A DNA stretch of 64,000 bases from Myxococcota bacterium. GTDB taxonomy: Bacteria > Myxococcota_A > UBA9160 > UBA4427. Below, piece after piece: positions 28,469-36,580 of the stretch; position 1 is the stretch's first letter, and the number at the start of each line of letters is the position of its first letter. The notes beneath the pieces were generated by a model. The model worked only from the letters and a program-made list of their open reading frames with translations, made no database searches and had not been told where the DNA came from. The stretch is taken from assembly GCA_036228265.1 (NCBI GenBank), contig JAZAOF010000007.1:2473-66472 (forward strand), in the 5' to 3' direction. The translations under genes were made by a program, and so were the position numbers.

Positions 28469-29218
28469 TCACGCCTGGACCAACTCCGGGAGCACTTCGC
28501 TGATCGAACCCCGCAGCAGTGCATGGGCCAGGGAGTCCATCTCCGTGGGCTCCGCATTCACGATGACCACCCGGGCACCGCGCTCGTAAGCCATGGGCAC
28601 GACATTCGCGGCGGGGTAGACCGACAGCGTACTGCCGACGGCGAGCATCAGATCGCAATTTTCCGCTGCGACCAGGCTTCTCGATAGATCGTCTTCGACC
28701 AGGGATTGGCCGAACGAAATCGTCGCCGATTTCAAGACCCCGCCACAACTTCGACACGGTGGATCTTCTTCTCCATCACGAACACGGACAAGCGCACGTT
28801 CCATTGGCGCGCGTTCGTCACAATCCATGCACATCACCTCGTGGATGGTTCCATGGATTTCGATCACCTTCTGCGGAGAGTTTCCAGCCGCCTGGTGCAG
28901 CCCATCCACGTTCTGCGTGATTACCGCTTCGAGTTTTCCGCGTGCCTCGAGATCCGCGATCGCCCGGTGGCCCGCGTTGGGCTGTGCCTGCCAAGCCGGC
29001 GACTCGAGACGGTTGCGCCAGGCCCGTCGGCGAATGTCGGGATCCGACAGATAATGCGAGAGCGTGGCCATTTTTTCGGCCTCCGGATTCTTGGTCCACA
29101 ACCCGTTGGGCCCTCGAAAATCCTGGATGCCCGAATCGGTGGAAATTCCAGCCCCGGTCAACACCACGATGCGATCGGACGATGCGATCCAGCTTTGAAC
29201 TTCGGCGATGGTGGACAT
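28469..29218 (-). CDS. cobB: NAD-dependent protein deacylase, Sir2 family (CobB-type)
   Basis: 'VLTGAGISTDSGIQDFRGPNGLW', 'QNVDGLH', a Zn-ribbon 'C..C....C..CGG' and 'VVIVN' are canonical short sirtuin features. Confidence 0.9.
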   Translation of the reverse strand: MSTIAEVQSWIASSDRIVVLTGAGISTDSGIQDFRGPNGLWTKNPEAEKMATLSHYLSDPDIRRRAWRNRLESPAWQAQPNAGHRAIADLEARGKLEAVITQNVDGLHQAAGNSPQKVIEIHGTIHEVMCMDCDERAPMERALVRVRDGEEDPPCRSCGGVLKSATISFGQSLVEDDLSRSLVAAENCDLMLAVGSTLSVYPAANVVPMAYERGARVVIVNAEPTEMDSLAHALLRGSISEVLPELVQA

Positions 29219-29289
29219 GACCTTCCCCTCCCGGGCGACATCCCGCTCCAGACGCCAGATTTCGACCGCGCTATTCTAGCGATTCCGAC

Positions 29290-29847
29290 ATGGCTTCGAA
29301 GCACCCCACCCTTGCGCCCCACAGTGGGCCTCGAATACCGGGCCCCCACGACCCGGAGGAAATGCAACGCTTCCTCGACAGCTTCATGTACGGTCCGGAA
29401 GCTTTCCTGGTCGATGCGATCCACCGGCTCGACGCGGAACACTTTGAGATCGAAGCGGAATTCGATACCGAGCGTCCGCTGCCCTTTGCTGCGTGGCAAC
29501 GAAATCACCCGGGCCATCCGGCTCACGTGGCCGCCGCGGAAATTCTCCAGGCCACCGGAAGCCTCGGTTGCCTTCACGCCTGGTTCTTCCACGGGTGCCG
29601 ATGGGACGAGGGCTGGGTGGGCTTTGGCAACCGGATCCACCGCGCGGATTTCAAGACCCTGGCCCGAATCGGCCCGCCCATTCGAATGAATTCCACCGAG
29701 ACCCGCTCCCGCGTAGGCCCTCGACGGGTCGTCCTCCGCTACTCGTTCGAGTTTGAACAGGAGGGACAACGGGTCTATGTCGGCGACCAGACCGCGATGT
29801 TCATGCGGGATCTCGACCTGTCAACGCCCGCCCCGTCTCGGGACTAG
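29290..29847 (+). CDS. Hotdog-fold (FabA/FabZ-like dehydratase) protein
   Basis: 'HPGHPAHVAAAEILQATGSLG' resembles the FabZ 'HFP..P..PG.L..EA.AQ' active-site segment. Size and the beta-rich C-terminus fit. Assignment is tentative. Confidence 0.55.
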   Translation: MASKHPTLAPHSGPRIPGPHDPEEMQRFLDSFMYGPEAFLVDAIHRLDAEHFEIEAEFDTERPLPFAAWQRNHPGHPAHVAAAEILQATGSLGCLHAWFFHGCRWDEGWVGFGNRIHRADFKTLARIGPPIRMNSTETRSRVGPRRVVLRYSFEFEQEGQRVYVGDQTAMFMRDLDLSTPAPSRD

Positions 29848-30638
29848 CGCCCCCGGAATACCGGGTCTCTTTTTTCGAGAAGGGCCTTGATGCCTTCCTG
29901 GGCGTCCTCGGTTTCGACCGTCCTCGATTGCGCGTGGGCTTCCATTTCGGCCGCGCCCCGCGGATCCCACCCGAGGCCTCGGTAGAGAGAGCGCTTGGTC
30001 CAGCGAACCGCCAGCGGCGCAGCCGCCGCGATCTCGGCCGCAAGTTCGCGCCCCTTTCCCAAAACAGCGTCCCCCGGGACGGCGTAGTTCGCAAGGCCGG
30101 CCTGCGCCGCCTCCTCACCGCTGACCAATTTCCCGGTGAAAAGCCACTCGGCCGCCCGGGGAATCCCGACGAGTCTCGGCAGGAAATACGTCGTGGCCAT
30201 TCCCGGGTGGAGGCCCAACCGCGTAAAATTCGCTCCGTAGCGCGCTTCCTGGTTCGCAATTCGCAGATCGCAGACAAGGCCGAGGCCCAACCCTCCTCCA
30301 ACGGCATGGCCATGCATTGCGGCGATGACCGGGACCTCGATTTCGAGAATTCCGAGGAAAGGTTCGTACATCGCCATCGAACGCTCATTCGGCGCTCGGT
30401 AACCCTCGTGATCTCCCCCCCGCTGAAGCCCGGACTTGAAGTCCGCTCCTGCGCAGAAACTCCGCCCCACTCCCGTGATGATGACGCAACGCACTTCGCG
30501 GTCATTGCGGATCCGTTCCAGGGCATCTTGGAGACCCGAAAAGACGTCTTCGGTCATGCTATTGCGATTTTCGGGGCGATTCAGGGTCACTTCTGCAACC
30601 CCATCCCGCGCTTCGTAGAGAACGGCCGCGTCGCTCAC
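29844..30638 (-). CDS. Enoyl-CoA hydratase (crotonase family)
   Basis: 'VAEVTLNRPENRNSM', 'VIITGVGRSFCAGADF', 'PVIAAMHGHAVGGGLGLGLVCDLRIA' and 'E..R.F.EKR.P.F' are textbook motifs. Confidence 0.9.
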   Translation of the reverse strand: MSDAAVLYEARDGVAEVTLNRPENRNSMTEDVFSGLQDALERIRNDREVRCVIITGVGRSFCAGADFKSGLQRGGDHEGYRAPNERSMAMYEPFLGILEIEVPVIAAMHGHAVGGGLGLGLVCDLRIANQEARYGANFTRLGLHPGMATTYFLPRLVGIPRAAEWLFTGKLVSGEEAAQAGLANYAVPGDAVLGKGRELAAEIAAAAPLAVRWTKRSLYRGLGWDPRGAAEMEAHAQSRTVETEDAQEGIKALLEKRDPVFRGR

Positions 30639-31558
30639 GAGTCCGTCCCTGCGCGCGCCTGGAGCAGCGCGTACGTCCGCTCGAAACCCCCCGGTTCCAC
30701 CGGGATGATCGCTGCATTGAAGTCGGTGACCCCAATATCGCGCAGGCGATCGAGTTCCGACTCCACGAAGCTCTCGTCGCCACAGATCGCAACCTCTCCC
30801 GGTCCCGCAACCCCTTCTCGATCGAGCATCGCGCGGTACGAAGGCAGCATTCCGTACATCGAAAGGGCTTTCGAGATCGCCTCCCGGGCGGTCCCGGGAT
30901 CCTGGGCGACGAGAACGGGGAGCCCACAGACGACCCGGGGTGCTGGCTTCGCCGCTTCTCTCGCCGCTTTTCCAAGACGCGGGATGATGTGGTCTTCAAG
31001 GGTTCGGGGACCGGTCATCCAGGTGATGGTTCCATCGCCAGCGCTTCCGGCCAACTGCAGCATGCGGGGGCCGAGAGCCGCAACGATCACGGGAACCGAC
31101 GACGCGCCCGGAACCTGCAGCGGCGCTGTCACGCGGTACAGTTCGCCCTGGTGGTTGACATCCTCGCCGCGCAAGAGGGTGGCGAGTACTTCCAGGTATT
31201 CTCCCATGTGGCGCGCCGGTTTCTCGTACGAAAGACCCAGCATGTCCTCGATCACGATCTTGTGGGAGAGCCCGATCCCCAGGGCAAAGCGACCTCCCGC
31301 AGCCGCAGAGACGGTCAGCGCTTGCTGGGCCATGGCGTGGGGATGCCTCGGGAATGTCGGAACCACGGCGGTGCCCAGTTCGATGCGGGAAGTTTCGCGG
31401 CCGGCAATCGCCAGCGCCGTCATCGCGTCGAAGCCCATGATGTGGGGGGCCCAGAGCGTATGAAAACCGTCGGCTTCGGCCTTTTTCGCTTCGGCTACGA
31501 CGGCGTCCAATCCCGCTTCGGGATTCTGGACTGCCGTGGACATGACTCCGATTTTCAT
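30635..31558 (-). CDS. LLM-class (luciferase-like, probably F420/flavin-dependent) oxidoreductase
   Basis: Starts MKIGVMS after AGGAGG. 'GFHTLWAPH', 'ELGTAVVPTFPRHP' and 'GRFALGIGLSH' fit the LLM pattern. 4-nt overlap with the downstream ECH gene. Confidence 0.85.
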   Translation of the reverse strand: MKIGVMSTAVQNPEAGLDAVVAEAKKAEADGFHTLWAPHIMGFDAMTALAIAGRETSRIELGTAVVPTFPRHPHAMAQQALTVSAAAGGRFALGIGLSHKIVIEDMLGLSYEKPARHMGEYLEVLATLLRGEDVNHQGELYRVTAPLQVPGASSVPVIVAALGPRMLQLAGSAGDGTITWMTGPRTLEDHIIPRLGKAAREAAKPAPRVVCGLPVLVAQDPGTAREAISKALSMYGMLPSYRAMLDREGVAGPGEVAICGDESFVESELDRLRDIGVTDFNAAIIPVEPGGFERTYALLQARAGTDS

Positions 31559-31611
31559 CTCGACCTCCTGCGCGCGCGGCTGGCGCGACTTCTTTCCAAG
31601 GGGGGCCCGCG

Positions 31612-32727
31612 ATGATACACGGATCACGCGGTCGGCAACGACTTCTCTCCGGGGCCCTCATCCTGGCTATCGGCTGGACGGTTTCCCCTGTCCGAGCCGA
31701 GGGACCGGACCCGTCCCTGCTCGAAGCCCCGCACTTCGAGAACGGGCGCTTCTTCAACCCGTGGGAAAAGAATCCGAAGAGCGCCTGGGATCTCTTCCGC
31801 TGGAAGATCTTCACTCCAAACCCCTACGACAAGACCCGCACTCCGGAAATTCCCCGGGTAGAGAACAACGGTCTCTACCTCTCCGGATCGTCGCCGCACC
31901 CCAGCGCAACCTGGGTCGGTCACTCGACCTTTGCGGTACACGACGGAGACGATGTCTTCCTGACGGACCCCCACTTCAGCAAGCGTGCGCTTCTGCCCCG
32001 CCGGATCACGCCTCCGGGAATTCCGATCGAGTCGATTCCCGGGGACGCCTTCGCCGTAATCTCTCACAACCACTACGACCACCTCGATGCGGACACCGTG
32101 GATACGCTTCCCGAAACGGTCCAATGGTTCGTTCCGCTGGGGCTCGCGGAATGGTTTCGCGATCGCGGACGCCCGAACGTGGTCGAGCTCGACTGGTGGG
32201 AAAGCGCCCACCGCGGGCGCTGGACGATCACCTGTCTCCCCTCGCAACACTGGTCTCAACGCATCGAGCAGGGCACGAACCGCTCGCTCTGGTGCTCCTG
32301 GCTCCTCGACTCGGGCGAGACCCGGTATTACTTCGCGGGGGACACCGGCTACTTCGCCGGATTCGCCGAGTTCGGTCGACGTTTTGCGCCCATCGACGTC
32401 GCGATGCTTCCCATCGGGGCCTACGAACCCCGATGGATGATGCAATACAACCACATGGACCCCACCGAAGCCTTTCTCGCGTTTCGCGACCTCGGGGCCC
32501 GCCAGATGCTTCCAATGCACTGGGGGACTTTTGACCTCACGGACGAGCCCGCCGACCTCCCCCCCCAGGTCCTCGGGGAGATCGTCGAAGCCGCGGACGG
32601 GGTCGACGGCCGAGTCCACATTCCAGCGATCGGAGAGCGCGTCGAACTGCTGCGTTTTCCCCGAACTGAATCCCGGGGATCGGGTGCTAGCCTTTCGAAC
32701 GAGCATGACCCCGAAAACACGCCCTAG
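31612..32727 (+). CDS. Exported MBL-fold metallo-hydrolase (NAPE-PLD-like)
   Basis: Signal peptide. 'ATWVGHSTF', 'FLTDPHFS', 'ISHNHYDHLD' (HxHxDH) and 'LPIGAYEPRW....HM.P.EA' motifs. Confidence 0.85.
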   Translation: MIHGSRGRQRLLSGALILAIGWTVSPVRAEGPDPSLLEAPHFENGRFFNPWEKNPKSAWDLFRWKIFTPNPYDKTRTPEIPRVENNGLYLSGSSPHPSATWVGHSTFAVHDGDDVFLTDPHFSKRALLPRRITPPGIPIESIPGDAFAVISHNHYDHLDADTVDTLPETVQWFVPLGLAEWFRDRGRPNVVELDWWESAHRGRWTITCLPSQHWSQRIEQGTNRSLWCSWLLDSGETRYYFAGDTGYFAGFAEFGRRFAPIDVAMLPIGAYEPRWMMQYNHMDPTEAFLAFRDLGARQMLPMHWGTFDLTDEPADLPPQVLGEIVEAADGVDGRVHIPAIGERVELLRFPRTESRGSGASLSNEHDPENTP

Positions 32728-34168
32728 CCTTCCCGCTCTCCCCCCCGGTCTCGTAGCTTTCGTAAAACGCGACTGTCCTACCTGTATGCTGGTCGAACCC
32801 GTCCTCGCCCAACTCGCCCAGCAGGGGCGGCTCACGGTGTTTACCCAGGACGACCCCGGGTTTCCCGCCGACCTGGAACCCCGGGACGACACCTCTCTCG
32901 AGCATTCGTGGCACCACGCGATCGAGGCCGTTCCCACGCTACTCCGCATCGACTCCGAGGGTGCCGAAGAAAGTCGCGTCATCGGCTGGCACCGAGGCGA
33001 GTGGGAGGCTCTCTCCGGAGCGCGCGGACTGGGACCGGGCCTGCCCGACCAACGACCGGGATGCGGCTCTCTCAGTGTCGACCCCCTTTTGGCGCCAGAC
33101 CTCGCCATTCGTTTCGGAGAAGCCAAACGCGCCCTGGCTTCCCGCCGCATTGAACTCGGAAGTCGCGAAGACGAATTTGAAGCCATGTTCGAGCGAGGTT
33201 GGTCCGATGGGCTCCCCCTGGTACCGCCCACCGAACGGCGCGTCATGGCCATGCTGGAGGGGACTTCGCGAAACCCCGGAGAAATCGTCGCCACGGTGCC
33301 TCCCGATCTCGCCGATTGCACCGTGGAGAAAGTCGCGGTCAACGCCGTAATGGCCGGATGCCGCCCGGAGTATCTCCCTGTCGTGATCGCAGCGGTGGAA
33401 GCCGCGTGTACGGACGAATTCAACATCCACGGACTGCTCGCCACGACCATGCCCGTAGCTCCGGTCCTCGTCGTGAACGGACCGATCCGCCGCACGGCGG
33501 GCATGAACGCCGGCATCAATGCGCTGGGCCAGGGGAACAGGGCCAACAGTACGATCGGTCGAGCCCTCCAACTGGTGGTACGAAACTGCGGAGGGGGACG
33601 CCCCGGCGAGGTGGACCGCGCCACGCTGGGAAGCCCGGCCAAGCTCTCCTTCTGTTTTCCCGAAGACGAAGAAGGTTCACCCTGGGATCCTCTCTCGGTC
33701 GGCCGGGGAATCGACCCGGGGCGGAGTGCCGTCACGCTATTTCCCGGAGAAGCACCACGAAACGTGATCGACCAGATCTCTCGCGACCCCGAGTCATTGG
33801 CGCGAACCTTTGCGGTCAACCTCCGAACCGTCCACCACCCCAAAATGGTCCTGGGCTTCGACGCCCTGCTCGTCGTCGGCCCGGAGCACGCGCGCGTTTT
33901 TTCCGATGCGGGGTGGAGCCGGGACCGACTCGTAAGCCGATTGCACGAACTGCTACAGATTCCCGGCAAGGAACTAATCCGGGGAGCCGGCGGAATCGCA
34001 GAAGGCATGCCCGAAACCGTCTCGGAACTCACCCTGCCAAAATTTCGCCCGGGCGGTATCCTCGTGGCTCATTGTGGCGGGCGCGCGGGGCTCTTCTCGG
34101 CGATCATCGGAGGGTGGCTGACAGGCTCCGAGGGGAGCCAACCCGTGACGCAGGAGATCCAGTCGTGA
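32705..34168 (+). CDS. Thioredoxin-fold (CPTC) domain fused to a ~380-aa domain of unknown function
   Basis: N-terminal 'LVAFVKRDCPTCMLVEPVL...AVPTLLRI' is a thioredoxin fold with CxxC. The remainder ('WSDGLPLVPPTERRV', 'VNAVMAGCRPEYLPVV', 'NALGQGNRANSTIGRAL') is conserved-looking, but I cannot assign a family. Its stop overlaps the next gene's GTG (GTGA). Confidence 0.75.
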   Translation: MTPKTRPSLPALPPGLVAFVKRDCPTCMLVEPVLAQLAQQGRLTVFTQDDPGFPADLEPRDDTSLEHSWHHAIEAVPTLLRIDSEGAEESRVIGWHRGEWEALSGARGLGPGLPDQRPGCGSLSVDPLLAPDLAIRFGEAKRALASRRIELGSREDEFEAMFERGWSDGLPLVPPTERRVMAMLEGTSRNPGEIVATVPPDLADCTVEKVAVNAVMAGCRPEYLPVVIAAVEAACTDEFNIHGLLATTMPVAPVLVVNGPIRRTAGMNAGINALGQGNRANSTIGRALQLVVRNCGGGRPGEVDRATLGSPAKLSFCFPEDEEGSPWDPLSVGRGIDPGRSAVTLFPGEAPRNVIDQISRDPESLARTFAVNLRTVHHPKMVLGFDALLVVGPEHARVFSDAGWSRDRLVSRLHELLQIPGKELIRGAGGIAEGMPETVSELTLPKFRPGGILVAHCGGRAGLFSAIIGGWLTGSEGSQPVTQEIQS

Positions 34169-34722
34169 ACGACGAACGCACCCTGCTCGATCCGACCCAC
34201 GAGTTCTCCCCGGCCCAACGCGCCGCACTGGAACGACCGTCGAGCCTCGAGGGCCTTTGCGTAGGGCTACTCGACATCAAGAAAGCCCGGGGGGACCTGT
34301 TCCTCGACCGGGTCGAGAAGCATCTCCGCGAACAAGGCGCATCGGTCCGACGCTACACGAAACCGACTTTTACCAAGCCCGCCCCGCTCGACCTCCGCAA
34401 GAAAATCGCCGAGGAATGTTCCGCGGTAGTCGAAGCCCTCGCCGATTGAGGCAGCTGCACGTCGTGCAGTGTGCACGACATGGCGAATCTCGAGGGGATG
34501 GGCGTTCCGGGACTCTACGTCGCCACCGTGGAGTTCATCGACGCCGCCCAGGGCCAGGCACGCGCCATCGGGTGCAACCCGCCCGGCGTCTTCGTCGAAC
34601 ACCCCATCCAGGACCGCACCGATGAGGAAATGGACGAGATCGCCCGATCCGCCCTTGAAGAGATCGTCTCGAAACTCACCCGGACGCCCTCGGACCGCCC
34701 AGGGGAAACCGGAAGTCCTTGA
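34165..34722 (+). CDS. UGSC-motif selenoprotein candidate; TGA 34447-34449 read as selenocysteine
   Basis: GTG 34165 follows a GGAG. The ORF-track pieces ending at 34449 and starting at 34471 are in the same frame, separated only by TGA and 7 sense codons. Read-through gives '...VVEALAD-U-GSCTSCSVHDMANLEG...', about 185 aa. Hairpins lie just after the TGA. Confidence 0.75.
34455..34479 (+). promoter_or_regulatory. SECIS-like stem-loop(s) immediately 3' of the in-frame TGA
   Basis: Two alternative hairpins: CTGCAC-GTC-GTGCAG (34455-34469) and GTCGTGCA-GTG-TGCACGAC (34461-34479, 8 bp). The latter starts 11 nt after the UGA and has a G/U-containing apical loop, the position expected for a bacterial SECIS. 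Confidence 0.5.
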
Positions 34723-34796
34723 ATCCTGCCCGGCTCGACGCCGGGACAAAAACGTGGATCATCCATGAGTCCGGTCTTTCGGGGGGGAGACCCGTC

Positions 34797-36569
34797 ATGC
34801 CCAGAGCCTCAACCAGGAAGTCGAAGCGGACTCCGGCTCGCCGTGCGAGCCGAGCAGCCGCGAAAACCACGAGCCGGGGCAAGGCCTCCGCGCGCAAGAA
34901 GGCCGCGGCCAGGAAAAGCGGCGCGAAGAAGAAAAGCGTTCGTCGCAAGCCCGCGGCCAAGAAGAAATCGACGCGAGCGCCCAGGAAATCTGCCACTCGA
35001 AACCCGTCGCCGGAAAGCAGCGCCGATGAACTCGCGACGAAGCAGCGGGACATCTCGGTTTCCGAGTTCTTTGCCAAGAACCGGCACCTGCTCGGGTTCG
35101 ACAACCCCTCAAAAGCGCTCCTGACCACCGTCAAGGAGGGCGTCGACAACGCGCTCGACGCCTGTGAAGAAGCGCGCATCGTCCCCGACATCCGCGTTGA
35201 AATCGAGCAACTCGACGAGAAGCGCTTTCGCGTGGTCATCCAGGACAATGGACCCGGCATCGTCAAGAAGGAGGTCCCGAAAATTTTCGGTCGCCTTCTC
35301 TACGGTTCGAAGTTCCACCGCTTGCGCCAGAGTCGCGGTCAACAAGGAATCGGAATCAGCGCAGCGGGAATGTACGGCCTTCTCACAACGGGGCGACCCC
35401 TTCGAGTAACGACGCGAACCGGGCGGCGAAAGCCCGCTCACCGTTTCGACCTGGTCATCGACACGCAGAAGAACGAGCCGCGTGTCAAGCGAGAACAAGA
35501 AGTCAAGTGGCCTGTCCACCATGGAACTCGCGTCGAGATCGAACTGGCGGGGGCCTACCGGGGGGGGCAGCACTCGGTCGACAACTACATTCGGCAAATT
35601 GCCCTGGCCAACCCCCATGCTCGTCTCACCTACGAACCACCGAAGGAGGACAGCCAGGGCGAGAGCGTCTTCGATCGGGTCACCAAGGTGCTTCCTCCCG
35701 ATGCCGTCGAAATCAAGCCGCACCCCTACGGCGTCGAACTCGGCGTTCTGATGCAGATGTTCCGAGATACGGGCGCTCGAAACGTCCGAACCTGCCTTCA
35801 AAAAGACTTCTCCCGCGTTTCCGCCGCGACGGCCAAGAAAATCTGTGATCTCGCCAAGGTCAGCGAAAAGCGCCGCCCTTCCCAGGTCACCCGAAACGAA
35901 GCAGAAGCCCTGCACAAGGCTATTCAGAAGACGAAGATCATGAACCCGCCGACGGACTGCATTGCACCCATCGGCGAAAAATTGATCACCGCCGCGTTGA
36001 AGGCCGAGATCGACGCCGATTTCTATACCGCCGCCACGAGAAAACCCACGGTGTACCGGGGCAATCCCTTCCTCATCGAGGTCGGAGTCGCCTACGGCGG
36101 ACGACTGGCCGCCGAAGCTCCGGCCATCCTCTACCGCTATGCCAACCGGGTCCCCCTCCAGTACCAGCAGGGAGCCTGTGCGATTACGAAAGCCGTCATC
36201 GGGACCAATTGGAAGTCCTATCAACTTCAACAGCCACGGGGAGCCCTGCCGGTAGGCCCGGCGCTACTGATGGTCCACATCGCAAGCGTCTGGGTTCCCT
36301 TCACGTCGGAAAGCAAGGAAGCCATCGCGCACTACCCGGATATCGTCAAGGAAATTCGCTTCGGGCTCCAGGAGTGCGGGCGACGCATGGCGATTCACGT
36401 TCGCAAGCAGCGCCGCCAGGCCGACGAACTCAAGAAACGGGCCTACATCGAGCAATACATCCCGCAGGTGGCCATCGGCCTCGAGGAAATTCTTGGCTTC
36501 GGTGAGCGCGAACGGGCGAAGGTGATCAAGAACCTGAGCGGCGTCCTCGAGCGCAGCCGAAAAATGTAA
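34797..36569 (+). CDS. top6B: DNA topoisomerase VI subunit B with a basic N-terminal extension
   Basis: GHKL motifs 'VKEGVDNALDA', 'DNGPGI' and 'GQQGIGISAAG'. 'SVSEFFAKNRHLLGFDNP' at the start of the Bergerat fold. Transducer-like C-terminus. The first ~80 residues are Lys/Arg/Ala-rich. ATG follows GGGAGA. Confidence 0.9.
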   Translation: MPRASTRKSKRTPARRASRAAAKTTSRGKASARKKAAARKSGAKKKSVRRKPAAKKKSTRAPRKSATRNPSPESSADELATKQRDISVSEFFAKNRHLLGFDNPSKALLTTVKEGVDNALDACEEARIVPDIRVEIEQLDEKRFRVVIQDNGPGIVKKEVPKIFGRLLYGSKFHRLRQSRGQQGIGISAAGMYGLLTTGRPLRVTTRTGRRKPAHRFDLVIDTQKNEPRVKREQEVKWPVHHGTRVEIELAGAYRGGQHSVDNYIRQIALANPHARLTYEPPKEDSQGESVFDRVTKVLPPDAVEIKPHPYGVELGVLMQMFRDTGARNVRTCLQKDFSRVSAATAKKICDLAKVSEKRRPSQVTRNEAEALHKAIQKTKIMNPPTDCIAPIGEKLITAALKAEIDADFYTAATRKPTVYRGNPFLIEVGVAYGGRLAAEAPAILYRYANRVPLQYQQGACAITKAVIGTNWKSYQLQQPRGALPVGPALLMVHIASVWVPFTSESKEAIAHYPDIVKEIRFGLQECGRRMAIHVRKQRRQADELKKRAYIEQYIPQVAIGLEEILGFGERERAKVIKNLSGVLERSRKM

Positions 36570-36580
36570 CCGGAGTCAAA

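Noticed and set aside
28469-29218. Sir2-domain gene as a possible anti-phage defence component (Thoeris/DSR-type)
   Set aside because: It is short (249 aa) and has the full canonical sirtuin deacylase motif set including the Zn ribbon. There is no fused effector or sensor domain and no ThsB/TIR or other defence partner nearby. It looks like a housekeeping CobB.
29928-31463. 511-aa plus-strand ORF
   Set aside because: It is antisense to the enoyl-CoA hydratase and LLM oxidoreductase genes, both of which have clear family motifs and an RBS.
31624-34032. 802-aa ORF on the minus strand, one of the longest in the track
   Set aside because: It is antisense to three well-supported plus-strand genes (MBL hydrolase, Trx-fusion, selenoprotein start). 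The translation is Ser/Arg/Pro/Gly-rich low complexity with no recognisable motif. This is a typical high-GC shadow ORF.
34471-34722. Stand-alone 83-aa ORF starting at GTG 34471
   Set aside because: It is better explained as the C-terminal part of the read-through selenoprotein. It shares the frame with the upstream piece, has no RBS, and its supposed start codon sits inside the SECIS-like hairpin.
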